A DNA stretch of 64,000 nucleotides, from positions 532 to 64,531 of the forward strand of contig JAZLJO010000013.1 in the NCBI GenBank assembly GCA_045617905.1. The letters run 5' to 3'. Positions 10,313 to 21,313 of the stretch are shown here, piece by piece; within the stretch, counting starts at the first letter, position 1; each line of letters begins with the position of its first letter. The notes beneath the pieces were generated by a model. That model did not search any database and was not told the DNA's origin. It saw only the letters and a program-made list of their open reading frames with translations. Source of the DNA: Candidatus Enterousia sp. Lineage in GTDB: Bacteria > Pseudomonadota > Alphaproteobacteria > Rs-D84. The translations under genes and the position numbers were made by a program.

Positions 10313-10420
10313 AATATAAATCCTTTGGTTATTATAACTAAAATGGTATAAAAAAAATTTTTATGTCGCAACAAAAAACGGTGCCATGCATGGCACCGTA
10401 AAATTCAAAAAATAACATTA

Positions 10421-10762
10421 TTATTTTTTCCAAAATGCAAAACCGCGACGTGCAGATTTTTCTTCGTGTTGTTTGCGATTTTCAACAGAACGACGACGCT
10501 CCGCGCGACGTTCTTGGTATCTGCGTGCAGATTCTTCATCACGTTGAATCAATGTTAATGTTGTTGCAGATAATTTACCATTACGAACTTCTTCTTCAAA
10601 TTCAACGATATCGTTTTCATTTAAAAAACGGATGCCTGCTGCCTTCATTACACTGGAATGAATAAATACATCCTCTGTATTGCCATCTGCATTTGGGGCA
10701 TCTGGGCATATAAAACCGTAGCATAATTTACCATTAAAAAATCTAACTTTACCTTGACGCAT
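10421..10762 (-). CDS. Cold-shock domain protein with Arg-rich C-terminal tail
   Basis: GKVRFFN..YGFI (RNP1), DVFIHSS (RNP2). Confidence 0.85.
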   Translation of the reverse strand: MRQGKVRFFNGKLCYGFICPDAPNADGNTEDVFIHSSVMKAAGIRFLNENDIVEFEEEVRNGKLSATTLTLIQRDEESARRYQERRAERRRSVENRKQHEEKSARRGFAFWKK

Positions 10763-10892
10763 AATCTTTGTCCTTATGTTATGCAGTTATGGTTCCGTGA
10801 AACGCCAAAGAACCTGTATGATATTTTGCCGAAAAACGCCATTGAAAGCAAGCAAATAAAATGCACACCGTTTGCGTTTGTTTTCCTATAAT

Positions 10893-10923
10893 AAAAACAC
10901 CCGCCGATTGGCGGGTGTTTTTT
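10893..10923 (-). terminator. Intrinsic terminator of HU gene
   Basis: AAAAACACCCGCC-GATT-GGCGGGTGTTTTT. Confidence 0.8.
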
Positions 10924-10934
10924 ACCAGAAAACA

Positions 10935-11207
10935 TTAGTTTAATGCATCTTTTAATGCTTTACCTGGTTTGAATTTTGGCTGAACAGATGCAGCAATTTT
11001 GATTGCTTCGCCGGTTTGTGGATTACGGCCAGTTGTTGCTTTGCGTTTTGCAGTTGCGAATGTACCGAAACCAACCAAGCGAACTTCGCCTTTCTTTTTC
11101 AATACTTTTGTAACTGTGTTGATAAATGCGTCCAAACAAGCAGAGGCTGTGCCTTTTGTTACTTCGCATTCATTTGCGATTGCTTCAATCAATTGCATTT
11201 TGTTCAT
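10935..11207 (-). CDS. hup: HU DNA-binding protein
   Basis: MNKMQLIEAIA, VGFGTF, GRNPQTGE, PKFKPGKALKD. Confidence 0.96.
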   Translation of the reverse strand: MNKMQLIEAIANECEVTKGTASACLDAFINTVTKVLKKKGEVRLVGFGTFATAKRKATTGRNPQTGEAIKIAASVQPKFKPGKALKDALN

Positions 11208-11406
11208 GTGTTTCTCCTTTCATAGAAATTGATAAGCTGCCCGCAGTGTCTTGGCACAATTGATGTAACTATAATCAAAACTGCCTGTCCTGCTTAGCCA
11301 AAGCGTAGAGAATTCGGGCCTTTAAGTCAAGAAAATATTTATTTTTCCCAGAATATCAAAATATTGACAAAAAAGTGTGATAAAAAATGCCGGATTTTCG
11401 GGCCTG

Positions 11407-11880
11407 TTATCGAATACTGTTTGCACGTACCGCGCGGGCCCCTGGGGTATTGTTTTCACATAAAACCCATTCACCGGCCGCACCGGTAATATGAACTGTG
11501 CGGAAATGATTTGGGCTTGATGTTAATAATGTGAATATAATAATTGTCCAAAATAATAATTTGGTAAATCCCCATGGTTTTTTAAATCCGTCACGTGAAA
11601 ATTTATCTTTTAATAAATTTTGGTATAATTCCCACCCCCATACAAATACCAATATCATCGTGACAAAAAAGAATCCCATTATAACATACCGTGATATGGG
11701 GCGCATATTTATTGCCAACGCGTCCCATGTTGAATTTGCTGCGGGGCATACATATAATTCTGTCCCTAATAATTTTGGGGAAATATTTATCGCTGCATGC
11801 GGCATCAATTGTAAATCAAATGATGATGCAACAACAATTGCGGTCAATGCAATAAGTGCAAATAACATTGTTTTGTTCAT
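11407..11880 (-). CDS. Hypothetical membrane protein
   Basis: Signal-like N-terminus plus two hydrophobic segments. Confidence 0.65.
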   Translation of the reverse strand: MNKTMLFALIALTAIVVASSFDLQLMPHAAINISPKLLGTELYVCPAANSTWDALAINMRPISRYVIMGFFFVTMILVFVWGWELYQNLLKDKFSRDGFKKPWGFTKLLFWTIIIFTLLTSSPNHFRTVHITGAAGEWVLCENNTPGARAVRANSIR

Positions 11881-11966
11881 TGATATCTGTTCCCTGGATT
11901 TTTTTTATTATATCACAAATAATTAAGCGTTTGCAATTTTATAAACAATTCTTTACAATTTTGATT

Positions 11967-12824
11967 ATGTTGCGCAAAAATAAAAAATTTGTTGTTGGAT
12001 TAACTACATTTAATTTGGAAATGTTGCGGATTTCAATTCCGGTGTTGGGGCGTTTGCCACGAAATTTTGTATTAATCATATATAACGATAATCCGTCTGT
12101 GCGATTGCAGCGGCGGACTGTGCGTAAATTGGGGTATCGTGGTGATTTAAAAATTATTAACGGGGTGGAAAATATTGGATTGTTGGGGGCGCGTGTTGAA
12201 ATTATGCGCCATGGCCCAAAATTTGCAAAACAGGCCCAATGGATTGTTTTTGTTGATGACGATGATATGTTGATATCATTGGCTGATGTGCCGGATGTTG
12301 CCGTTGATAATTTCGCAATTGTACAAAGTGCCATCGTTTTGAATCATCGTATTTTGGATTTATTTCATGCAATTGAAAATCCAGAAACGTGTATTCCCGA
12401 TGGTGAAAATGTTGTATTGGTTCGGCCACATTTTGGATTTGCCGGTACATTAATTCGTATGGATACGGCAATCGGTTTTGCGGACGCGTTAAATGCGATT
12501 AAGTTGGATTTACAAAAAATCAGCGACAGTTTGAATTTTTATCCACCAATTGATGCCGCAATGTGGACAATGTTGGGGACGTATGCACGGACACTTAGTG
12601 CAACGGCCAGTCCTATATTTATGGATACGCAAAATTATATTTCGGTTAAAATAGATAATGCAAATACAAAGTATGGATTGCCGGCGACCCCAGTCCGTTC
12701 GCCAATTGAATATTATGAAAATGCGATTAACAGATATAATGCGTGTTTAAGTAATTATTTACAATCTGTTGATGATGCCACGCATGTGGGCCAAGATATA
12801 GAAATATCCCCGGATAATTTATAA
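11967..12824 (+). CDS. Glycosyltransferase family 2-like protein
   Basis: TTFN, IIYNDN, ENIGLLGAR, WIVFVDDDD (DxD) GT-A motifs. Confidence 0.6.
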   Translation: MLRKNKKFVVGLTTFNLEMLRISIPVLGRLPRNFVLIIYNDNPSVRLQRRTVRKLGYRGDLKIINGVENIGLLGARVEIMRHGPKFAKQAQWIVFVDDDDMLISLADVPDVAVDNFAIVQSAIVLNHRILDLFHAIENPETCIPDGENVVLVRPHFGFAGTLIRMDTAIGFADALNAIKLDLQKISDSLNFYPPIDAAMWTMLGTYARTLSATASPIFMDTQNYISVKIDNANTKYGLPATPVRSPIEYYENAINRYNACLSNYLQSVDDATHVGQDIEISPDNL

Positions 12825-12906
12825 CCAAAAACACAATTATTATGGTTGCATTCTGTGGTTATTTGTATCACACTGCAGTATCAATTTATATAACAAGGAC
12901 ATAAAG

Positions 12907-14985
12907 ATGACATATAACGATATACGTAAGGTTTATTTGGATTATTTTAAATCACATGGACACACGATTGTTCCATCTGCGTCGTTGATACCAAATGATC
13001 CGACATTGTTATTTACGGTGGCTGGCATGGTCCCATGGAAGGGTATTTTACAGGGGACAGAACCTGCGTTTGCCACGCGTGTTGCCGACGTTCAAAAATG
13101 TATTCGTGCCGGTGGCAAACATAATGATTTGGACGAGGTTGGTTTTGATGGACGTCATCATACATTCTTTGAAATGTTGGGGAATTGGTCATTTGGTGAT
13201 TATTTTAAAGAAGAAGCAATCAAAATGTCGTGGGATGTTTTGACAAATGTAATCGGATTGGATCCGAAAAGAATTGTTGTAACAACACACATCAGTGATG
13301 ACGAAGCAACCGAAATTTGGAAAAAGGTTGCCGGCAAGGATGCGATTCGTCTAGATAAAGATAATTGGTGGTCTGCGGGTGATACGGGACCATGTGGGCC
13401 ATGTACAGAAATGCACTATGATATGGGTGATCATTTGTTCGGTGATGTCCCGGGCAGCCCGGACGAAGATGGGGGCCGGTATGTTGAAATATGGAATAAC
13501 GTATTTATGCAATATGACAGGGATGCAAATGGTAATTTAAATCCGTTGCCTATGCAAAATGTTGATACCGGTGCCGGTTTGGAACGTTGGGCGGCGGTGT
13601 TACAGGGGGTAACAGACAATTATGATACAGATTTGTTCCGTCATTTGATTGCCGCCACCGAAGATGTTACGGGGGTAAAACGGACAGATGCAAATGTTTC
13701 ATCATTCAAAGTTATTACAGATCACCTGCGTGCGGTTGGTTTTGCCATTGCAGATGGTGTTATTCCATCAAATACGGACCGTGGCTATGTAATTCGTCGT
13801 ATATTACGTCGGGCAATGCGTCATGGACAAATGTTGGGGCATCGTGGGGCATTGTTGTCAAAATTGTATCCGGCATTGATTGCGGAAATGGGGATGGCAT
13901 ACCCTGAATTGGCGGCAAACCAACAACGTGTTGTTGAAATAATCCAAAATGAAGAAAATGCGTTTGCAGATATGTTGCAAAATGGAATGAAATTATTGGA
14001 TACCGAATTACCAAAGGTTAATAATGGGGTATTACCAGGTGACGTTGCATTTAAATTGTTTGATACATACGGTTTCCCATTGGATTTAACCCAAATGATT
14101 TTGCGTGATAAAAAAATGGATGTTGATGTTGCGGGATTTGAAAAATGTATGGCCGAACAAAAGGAACGTTCCCGTGCAGATACCAAGGGAACACGGACAT
14201 TATGGGAATCGCAAACAGGGTTACAGACAACCGCAGATAAATCAAAATATGCACCGGTTGCGGATATGCAATCAACGGTTTTGGCAATTTTGCGTGACGG
14301 ACAATTTGTGCAAACGGCCGCCGCAGGCGATATGGTAGAGGTTGCGCTGGATAAAACCAATTTTTATGGCACCCAAGGTGGCCAGGTTGGGGACAGTGGT
14401 GAATTAACGTGTGATGGTAAAACAGTTATGACCGTGTCCGAGGCTGCACGTGTTGGCACCATTGTTATTCATAAGGGCACATTAACCGCAGATATTAAAA
14501 CGGGTGATGTTGTTTGCACCGTTATCAATACTGCAACGCGCCAACAAACCGCACGTGCACATACGGCAACGCATTTGTTGCAGGCGGCATTGCGCAGCGT
14601 ATTAAACCAAGATGTTGAACAACGCGGGTCCAAGGTTTCGCCGGATTCCGTCCGTTTTGATTTTTCATTTGGACGTGCAATGACTGCGGATGAAAAACAG
14701 GCGGTTGAAGATTTGGTAAATTCATGGATTGCGGCGGATATGCCGGTTACACACGAAGAAATGAACATAGAACAGGCCAAGGCCCGTGGTGCCATGGCAT
14801 TGTTTGGTGAAAAATATGGTGATGTTGTTCGTGTTATTACCGCGGGCGATGTGTCATGTGAATTGTGTGGGGGAACACATATCAATCATACGGGGCAAAT
14901 TATTCGCGCACGTATTAACAAAGAAAAATCCATCAGCAGTGGAATCCGCCGTATTACAATGTCGGTTGGAACATTGGCGCAATAG
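12907..14985 (+). CDS. alaS: Alanyl-tRNA synthetase lacking the C-Ala domain
   Basis: DPTLLFTVAGM, HHTFFEMLGNWSFGDYFK, HTATHLL and ELCGGTH editing motifs; 692 aa. Confidence 0.96.
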   Translation: MTYNDIRKVYLDYFKSHGHTIVPSASLIPNDPTLLFTVAGMVPWKGILQGTEPAFATRVADVQKCIRAGGKHNDLDEVGFDGRHHTFFEMLGNWSFGDYFKEEAIKMSWDVLTNVIGLDPKRIVVTTHISDDEATEIWKKVAGKDAIRLDKDNWWSAGDTGPCGPCTEMHYDMGDHLFGDVPGSPDEDGGRYVEIWNNVFMQYDRDANGNLNPLPMQNVDTGAGLERWAAVLQGVTDNYDTDLFRHLIAATEDVTGVKRTDANVSSFKVITDHLRAVGFAIADGVIPSNTDRGYVIRRILRRAMRHGQMLGHRGALLSKLYPALIAEMGMAYPELAANQQRVVEIIQNEENAFADMLQNGMKLLDTELPKVNNGVLPGDVAFKLFDTYGFPLDLTQMILRDKKMDVDVAGFEKCMAEQKERSRADTKGTRTLWESQTGLQTTADKSKYAPVADMQSTVLAILRDGQFVQTAAAGDMVEVALDKTNFYGTQGGQVGDSGELTCDGKTVMTVSEAARVGTIVIHKGTLTADIKTGDVVCTVINTATRQQTARAHTATHLLQAALRSVLNQDVEQRGSKVSPDSVRFDFSFGRAMTADEKQAVEDLVNSWIAADMPVTHEEMNIEQAKARGAMALFGEKYGDVVRVITAGDVSCELCGGTHINHTGQIIRARINKEKSISSGIRRITMSVGTLAQ

Positions 14986-15245
14986 GGATATATTGTAATA
15001 TTTATATCCGATTTGCATGTGCCGGACAAAATCTGGCACATGTTTTTTTATGATAAAAAATACATGTGATTGAACATGGAAAATAATCGATTTTTATTCA
15101 AATGTAAAAATCAAACGTCCCCTTAGAACTTTCCACATTGATGCTAGCATAAGGGGCATAAATTCTCAATATTTATTTTATTTGACCGTAAAAATTAAAG
15201 GGACGTTAAAAGTTTATTGTGCCCCGTATTGAAAAAGGGGACATA

Positions 15246-16769
15246 ATGGTTAATAAATCAAACAATATAAATATTGGATTCGAAGAAAAAATATGGAAAG
15301 CCGCCGGTGTTTTATGGGGGCATATACCCGCCGCCGATTATCGCAAGGTTATAATTGGATTAATATTTTTACGATATATTTCCAGTGCATTTGATAAACG
15401 TTTCCGTGAATTGGTTGCCCAGGGCGATGGTTTTGAAAACGATAAAGATGCATATTTGGAACAAAATGTTTTCTATGTTCCCGAAAACGCACGTTGGAAT
15501 ATAATTGCGGCCGCGGCCCATACACCGGAAATCGGTATTGTTTTGGATAATGCCATGCGGGCAATCGAAAATGAAAATAAAACGTTAAAAAATGTATTAC
15601 CAAAAATATATGCGGGGCCGGATTTAGATAAACGTGTTTTGGGCGAAGTGGTTGATTTATTTACCAACGAAATCAATATGGATGATGTTGCAGAAAGTAA
15701 GGATTTATTGGGCCGGACCTATGAATACTGTATTGCCCAATTTGCCGCATACGAAGGGGCCAAGGGTGGCGAATTTTATACCCCGGCCAGTATTGTTAAA
15801 ACATTGGTATCTATCTTAAAACCCTATGCGGGGTGTCGTGTTTATGATCCATGTTGTGGTTCGGGTGGGATGTTTGTTCAATCGGTTAAATTTTTATCAG
15901 AACACAGTCAAAGCCGTAATAACATCAGTGTATTTGGCCAAGAATCAAATTCTGACACATGGAAAATGGCCAAAATAAATATGGCCATTCGTGGTATCAA
16001 TGCCAATCTTGGGGATTATCACGCGGATACATTCATGAACGATTTACATAAAAACCTGCGGGCAGACATTATTATGGCAAATCCACCGTTTAATCTGACC
16101 AATTGGGGCCAGGATAAATTACAGGATGACGTTCGTTGGAAATATGGCATTCCACCGGTTGGCAACGCCAATTATGGTTGGATTCAACATATGATATATC
16201 ATTTGGCACCAAATGGAAAAATTGGTTTGGTTTTGGCCAATGGTGCATTATCCACACAAACCGGTGGCGAAGGCGATATCCGTAAAAATATAATCGAATC
16301 TGATTTGATCGAAGGTATTATCGCCATGCCACCCCAGTTGTTTTACAGCGTAACAATTCCTGTAACATTATGGTTTATTAACAAAAATAAAACGCAGAAA
16401 GGCAAAACTGTATTTATTGATGCCCGTAAAATGGGATATATGGTTGATCGTAAACATCGTGATTTTTCGGACCAAGATATCAACAAATTGGTCGCAACAT
16501 TTGATGCATTCCAAAACGGGTCACTGGAAAATGAAAAAGGATTCTGTGCCGTTGCAACAACGGCCGATATTGCCGCCAATGATTATATTTTGACCCCCGG
16601 TCGTTACGTTGGTATCGAAGATGCCGAAGACGATGGTGAACCATTTGCCGAAAAAATGAAACGTTTAACATCTGAATTGGGACAAATGTTTGCGAAATCT
16701 GATGAATTACAAGATGAAATCCGCAAACAATTACGTGCCATTGGTTATGACATCAAAGAGGCAGCATAA
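15246..16769 (+). CDS. hsdM: Type I RM methyltransferase subunit
   Basis: GEFYTP, YDPCCGSGGM, ANPPFN. Confidence 0.95.
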   Translation: MVNKSNNINIGFEEKIWKAAGVLWGHIPAADYRKVIIGLIFLRYISSAFDKRFRELVAQGDGFENDKDAYLEQNVFYVPENARWNIIAAAAHTPEIGIVLDNAMRAIENENKTLKNVLPKIYAGPDLDKRVLGEVVDLFTNEINMDDVAESKDLLGRTYEYCIAQFAAYEGAKGGEFYTPASIVKTLVSILKPYAGCRVYDPCCGSGGMFVQSVKFLSEHSQSRNNISVFGQESNSDTWKMAKINMAIRGINANLGDYHADTFMNDLHKNLRADIIMANPPFNLTNWGQDKLQDDVRWKYGIPPVGNANYGWIQHMIYHLAPNGKIGLVLANGALSTQTGGEGDIRKNIIESDLIEGIIAMPPQLFYSVTIPVTLWFINKNKTQKGKTVFIDARKMGYMVDRKHRDFSDQDINKLVATFDAFQNGSLENEKGFCAVATTADIAANDYILTPGRYVGIEDAEDDGEPFAEKMKRLTSELGQMFAKSDELQDEIRKQLRAIGYDIKEAA

Positions 16770-18010
16770 TGAACACGTTCTATTGTGGAAATTTAAATGA
16801 TGTTATTGCGTTGGTAATTGACTATAGAGGAAAAACCCCGAAAAAACTTGGTTCTGATTGGAGTAACAGTGGATATAGAGCGTTATCCGCAAAAAACATT
16901 AAAACTGGTCAAATAGTTCAACCTGAAACAATCAGATATGTGGATAAAAATTTGTATACAAAATGGATGAAAGATGAAATTCAGCGAGGAGATATTCTGA
17001 TTACATCAGAAGCGCCTTTTGGGCAGGTTCTGTTTTGGGATAGTGATGAAAAAATTGTTTTAAGCCAACGAATATTCGGATTAAGAGTTAAAGAGAATTT
17101 TTGTCCTGCATACATATACTATTACATGACAGGAGCTGATTTTCAATCTGAACTAGATTCCAGAGCAACAGGAACAACTGTTACAGGCTTGCGTCAGCCA
17201 GAATTATTAAAATGTAAAATCTGTTATCCAGACAAAAAAAGACAGGAACAGATAGCAAAAATATTAAGTGAAATAGATAATAAAATTTCACTAAACACAG
17301 CGATAAATAATAATTTAGAACAACAAATTCAAATTATTTTTAACCAGACTTTTGTGAATGCATCTTTCGAAAATCAAGGCACAACCACACTTGGAAGTGT
17401 TTGTGAATGCGTTCTTGGTGGAACACCTAGTCGTACAAAAGTGAATTTTTGGAATGGCGATATTCCTTGGATAAATTCTGGGGAAGTTAATAAGTTCAGA
17501 ATAACCAAACCAAGTGAGTATATTACCAAACTCGGTTTAGATGGGTCTGCTACAAAATTGTTACCAGCCCATACAACAGTTATCGCTATAACAGGAGCGA
17601 CATTGGGACAGATCAGTTTACTTGAAATAGATTCTTGTACCAATCAGTCTGTTGTCGGAATTTTAGAAAACAGTGATATTCCATTTGAATTTATATATCC
17701 ATTCATATGTCAGAATATTGATGTCTTGTTATCTTATCAGACAGGCGGTGCACAACAACACATAAACAAACAAAATGTGGAACAGTTGCCTTTGGTATTA
17801 CCTATCAAATCAGTTTTATTGGGTTATAAAAACAAAGTGGAACCGTTCTTCAAAATGATAGCAAAAAATTGTTTTGAAAATGAACGATTGACAGAGATTA
17901 GAGACGCATTATTACCAAAACTGATGTCAGGCGAAATTGACGTGTCAAAGGTCGATATTTCTGCCCCAAGTTACTTAGATAAATCATTGTTTAACAAAGA
18001 AACGGAGTAA
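16769..18010 (+). CDS. hsdS: Type I RM specificity subunit
   Basis: Two TRDs (DYRGKTP; GGTPSR), central helical spacer, RDALLPKLMSGEI. Confidence 0.93.
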   Translation: MNTFYCGNLNDVIALVIDYRGKTPKKLGSDWSNSGYRALSAKNIKTGQIVQPETIRYVDKNLYTKWMKDEIQRGDILITSEAPFGQVLFWDSDEKIVLSQRIFGLRVKENFCPAYIYYYMTGADFQSELDSRATGTTVTGLRQPELLKCKICYPDKKRQEQIAKILSEIDNKISLNTAINNNLEQQIQIIFNQTFVNASFENQGTTTLGSVCECVLGGTPSRTKVNFWNGDIPWINSGEVNKFRITKPSEYITKLGLDGSATKLLPAHTTVIAITGATLGQISLLEIDSCTNQSVVGILENSDIPFEFIYPFICQNIDVLLSYQTGGAQQHINKQNVEQLPLVLPIKSVLLGYKNKVEPFFKMIAKNCFENERLTEIRDALLPKLMSGEIDVSKVDISAPSYLDKSLFNKETE

Positions 18011-18013
18011 ATT

Positions 18014-21000
18014 ATGTCATATACCGAAGATAGCTATGAAAAATCTGTTATAGAATTGTTTCAGAATATGGACTATGACCATGTATATGGCCCGGATGTT
18101 GCGCGTGACTATAATTGCCCGTTGTATGAAGATGTTTTAAAATCGCAATTAAAACGATTAAATCCGTTTTCGTCTGATGAAGTTTTGAATTCTGCATTCA
18201 AAAAATTAAAATATTTTGACAATGGCGCATTGATTCAAAAAAACGAATTGTTCATGGAATATCTGCAAAATGGTATGGAAATTTCATTTTCGGAAAATGG
18301 CGAACAAAAAACAGAAATGGTTTATCTGGTTGATTATGAACATCCAGAAAATAATTCTTTCATCGTTGCAAATCAATGGACATTTATTGAAAACAGTGAA
18401 AAACGCCCCGATATTGTTATTTTCTTGAACGGACTTCCGGTTGTTATTGTTGAATTAAAATCACCATCACGGGCCGAAACCGAAGTGTCCGATGCATATC
18501 GGCAATTGCGTAATTATATGCAGGAAATCCCATCTATGTTCATTTATAATGCCATTTGTGTTATGAGTGATCAATTAACATCCAAAGCTGGCACAATTAC
18601 ATCCGGCGAAGATCGTTTTATGGAATGGAAAACCACAGACGGTTCATACGAAAATACTCAATTTGCCCAGTTTGATACATTTTTTGATGGGATATTCAAC
18701 CAAAAACGTTTCTTGGATATTTTGCATAACTTTATTTGTTTTTCCAAAGAATCCAAACAGGATGTTAAAATTTTGGCCGGATATCATCAATATTTTGCCG
18801 TTAAAAAGGCAATTAAATCCACAGAAAATGCCGTTGGACATGATGGGCGGGCCGGTGTATTTTGGCATACCCAGGGCAGTGGTAAATCATTGTCTATGGT
18901 GTTCTATGCAAAATTGTTACAATCTGCATTGAACAGTCCAACAATTGTTGTTATTACAGACCGTAATGATTTAGATGATCAATTATTCAGCCAATTTTCC
19001 AAGTGTCAGAATTTTTTACGCCAATCCCCGGTTCAGGCCACCAGCCGCAAAGGCTTAAAAGATTGTTTAGACGGACGCGCGGCAAATGGAATTATTTTTA
19101 CAACAATGCAAAAATTCGAAGAATCCGAAGAACCTTTGTCTAACAGAACAAATATTATTGTAATGGCCGATGAAGCACATCGCAGCCAATATGGTTTAAG
19201 TGAAAAAATCAAAATCACCAAAGATAACAACGGTAATGATGTTGCAAAACGTGTTGTTGGTGCCGCCCGTATAATTCGTAACAGCCTGCCAAATGCAACA
19301 TATATTGGGTTTACCGGAACACCAATTTCCAGCAAAGACCGCAATACACGTGAAGTATTCGGTGATTATATCGATATTTATGATATGACCCAGGCCGTCC
19401 AAGATGGTGCCACACGCCCCGTTTATTATGAAAGTCGTGTTGTTAAATTGAAATTAGATGAACGGGTTATCAAAGAAATTGATGATCAATATGATGCATT
19501 GGCAGGTGATGTTGATGCGGATGTTCTGGAACACAGCAAAAAACAAATTGGTCAAATGGATGCCGTTTTGGGTAATGATAATACAATCAATTCTTTGGTT
19601 GCAGACATTTTGGATCACTATGAAACAAATCGCGCCCAATTGTTAACCGGCAAAGCGATGATTGTTGCCTATTCACGACCAATCGCAATGAAAATTTATA
19701 ATCGTATTATGGAATTGCGGCCGGATTGGACGGAAAAAGTTGCCGTCGTTATGACCGATGATAACAAAGATCCCGAACAATGGCGGAAAATTATTGGAAA
19801 TAAAACATATCGTGAAGAATTGGCAACTAAATTCAAAGACAATAACGGCCCGTTAAAAATTGTCATAGTTGTTGATATGTGGTTAACCGGATTTGATGTG
19901 CCATCTTTGGCCACAATGTATGTTTATAAACCAATGGCCGGTCATAATTTGATGCAGGCAATTGCACGTGTAAACCGTGTGTTTAAAGATAAAGAGGGCG
20001 GTTTAATCGTTGATTATATTGGTATTGCCAATGCCTTGAAACAGGCAATGAACGATTATACAGCCCGTGACCGTAAAAAATACGGTGACCCTGACATTTC
20101 CAAAGTTGCTTATCCAAAGTTCTTGGAAAAAATTGATGTGTGTCGATCTTGGTTGCACGGCTTTGATTATTCAGATTTTTTGAACGGTACAGATTTACAA
20201 CGTGCCAAAACCATCAGCGGTGCATTAAACTTTATGTTGGAACCATCCCGCAAAGATGCCAAAGAATCTTTGACCAAAGATGCATTATTGCTACATCAGG
20301 CTTTGTCTTTATGCTCTTCGATTGTTCCAAAGGATTTACGGTTCGAAGCGGCATTTTTTGAAACACTGCGTGTATTATTACAACGTTTGATGTTTGCAGG
20401 TTCCGGTGGCAAAAAAATGTCATTAAAAGAATTAAACGACAAAATTAATGAAATGTTAAAATACAGCATCAAAAGTGATGGTGTTATAAATCTGTTTTCT
20501 ACGGATGTTAATTCTGGTTTTTCTTTGTTTGATTCTAAATTCTTATCTGAAATTGCAAAAATGAAAGAAAAAAATATCGCAGTTGAAATATTAAAAAAAT
20601 TAATTGCCGAACAAATCCATATTTATCGTCGTTCAAATGTTGTAAAATCAGAAAAGTTCAGCGAAATCATACAAATGGTTATGAATAAATATCTAAATGG
20701 TATGTTAACCAACGAAGAAGTTATTGCAGAATTATTAAAATTGGCACAACAAATAACCGACGCACAACAGACCGGCGATAATATGGGATTAACCGAAGAA
20801 GAATTGGCGTTTTATGATGCGTTAACAAAACCACAGGCCGTCAAAGATTTTTATGAAAACGATGAATTGGTCGCCATTACCAAAGAATTAACACAGGCCC
20901 TGCAAAAAAACAAAACGGTCGATTGGCAACGTCGTGATGACGCACGTGCGGCAATGCGTATGACTATAAAACGATTGCTGAAACAGCATAAATATCCACC

Positions 21001-21082
21001 CGAAGGCGAAGCTGATGCAATTCAAACGGTTATGATTCAGTGTGAATTATGGACAGATAATCTGATGACTTTTGACGATTGA
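18014..21082 (+). CDS. hsdR: Type I RM restriction subunit
   Basis: RPDIV..ELK nuclease, WHTQGSGKS, DEAHR, FTGTP, QAIARVNR. Confidence 0.95.
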   Translation: MSYTEDSYEKSVIELFQNMDYDHVYGPDVARDYNCPLYEDVLKSQLKRLNPFSSDEVLNSAFKKLKYFDNGALIQKNELFMEYLQNGMEISFSENGEQKTEMVYLVDYEHPENNSFIVANQWTFIENSEKRPDIVIFLNGLPVVIVELKSPSRAETEVSDAYRQLRNYMQEIPSMFIYNAICVMSDQLTSKAGTITSGEDRFMEWKTTDGSYENTQFAQFDTFFDGIFNQKRFLDILHNFICFSKESKQDVKILAGYHQYFAVKKAIKSTENAVGHDGRAGVFWHTQGSGKSLSMVFYAKLLQSALNSPTIVVITDRNDLDDQLFSQFSKCQNFLRQSPVQATSRKGLKDCLDGRAANGIIFTTMQKFEESEEPLSNRTNIIVMADEAHRSQYGLSEKIKITKDNNGNDVAKRVVGAARIIRNSLPNATYIGFTGTPISSKDRNTREVFGDYIDIYDMTQAVQDGATRPVYYESRVVKLKLDERVIKEIDDQYDALAGDVDADVLEHSKKQIGQMDAVLGNDNTINSLVADILDHYETNRAQLLTGKAMIVAYSRPIAMKIYNRIMELRPDWTEKVAVVMTDDNKDPEQWRKIIGNKTYREELATKFKDNNGPLKIVIVVDMWLTGFDVPSLATMYVYKPMAGHNLMQAIARVNRVFKDKEGGLIVDYIGIANALKQAMNDYTARDRKKYGDPDISKVAYPKFLEKIDVCRSWLHGFDYSDFLNGTDLQRAKTISGALNFMLEPSRKDAKESLTKDALLLHQALSLCSSIVPKDLRFEAAFFETLRVLLQRLMFAGSGGKKMSLKELNDKINEMLKYSIKSDGVINLFSTDVNSGFSLFDSKFLSEIAKMKEKNIAVEILKKLIAEQIHIYRRSNVVKSEKFSEIIQMVMNKYLNGMLTNEEVIAELLKLAQQITDAQQTGDNMGLTEEELAFYDALTKPQAVKDFYENDELVAITKELTQALQKNKTVDWQRRDDARAAMRMTIKRLLKQHKYPPEGEADAIQTVMIQCELWTDNLMTFDD

Positions 21083-21217
21083 ACACCGGCAATCAGGCCC
21101 CGCAAAATTAGTAAATTTTGTGGGGAATCTCAGGTCGGGAACCATAACTATAAAATCCGAATGTCTGCGACGCAATGCAATGGCCCCCGTTCTGCAACGG
21201 GGGGACGATGGGGAAAA
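21081..21217 (+). repeat. Bipartite palindromic (REP/RPE-like) element, copy 2
   Basis: Same two hairpins as reverse complement of 52-180; starts at hsdR stop. Confidence 0.75.
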
Positions 21218-21313
21218 GACATCCCACAGAATACTGGCGTTGTTTTTCCACAAAACATCATTCACAGATTTATAACCTGGGGGCGAAAATGTTTTTCAAT
21301 TTAAAAAATAACT

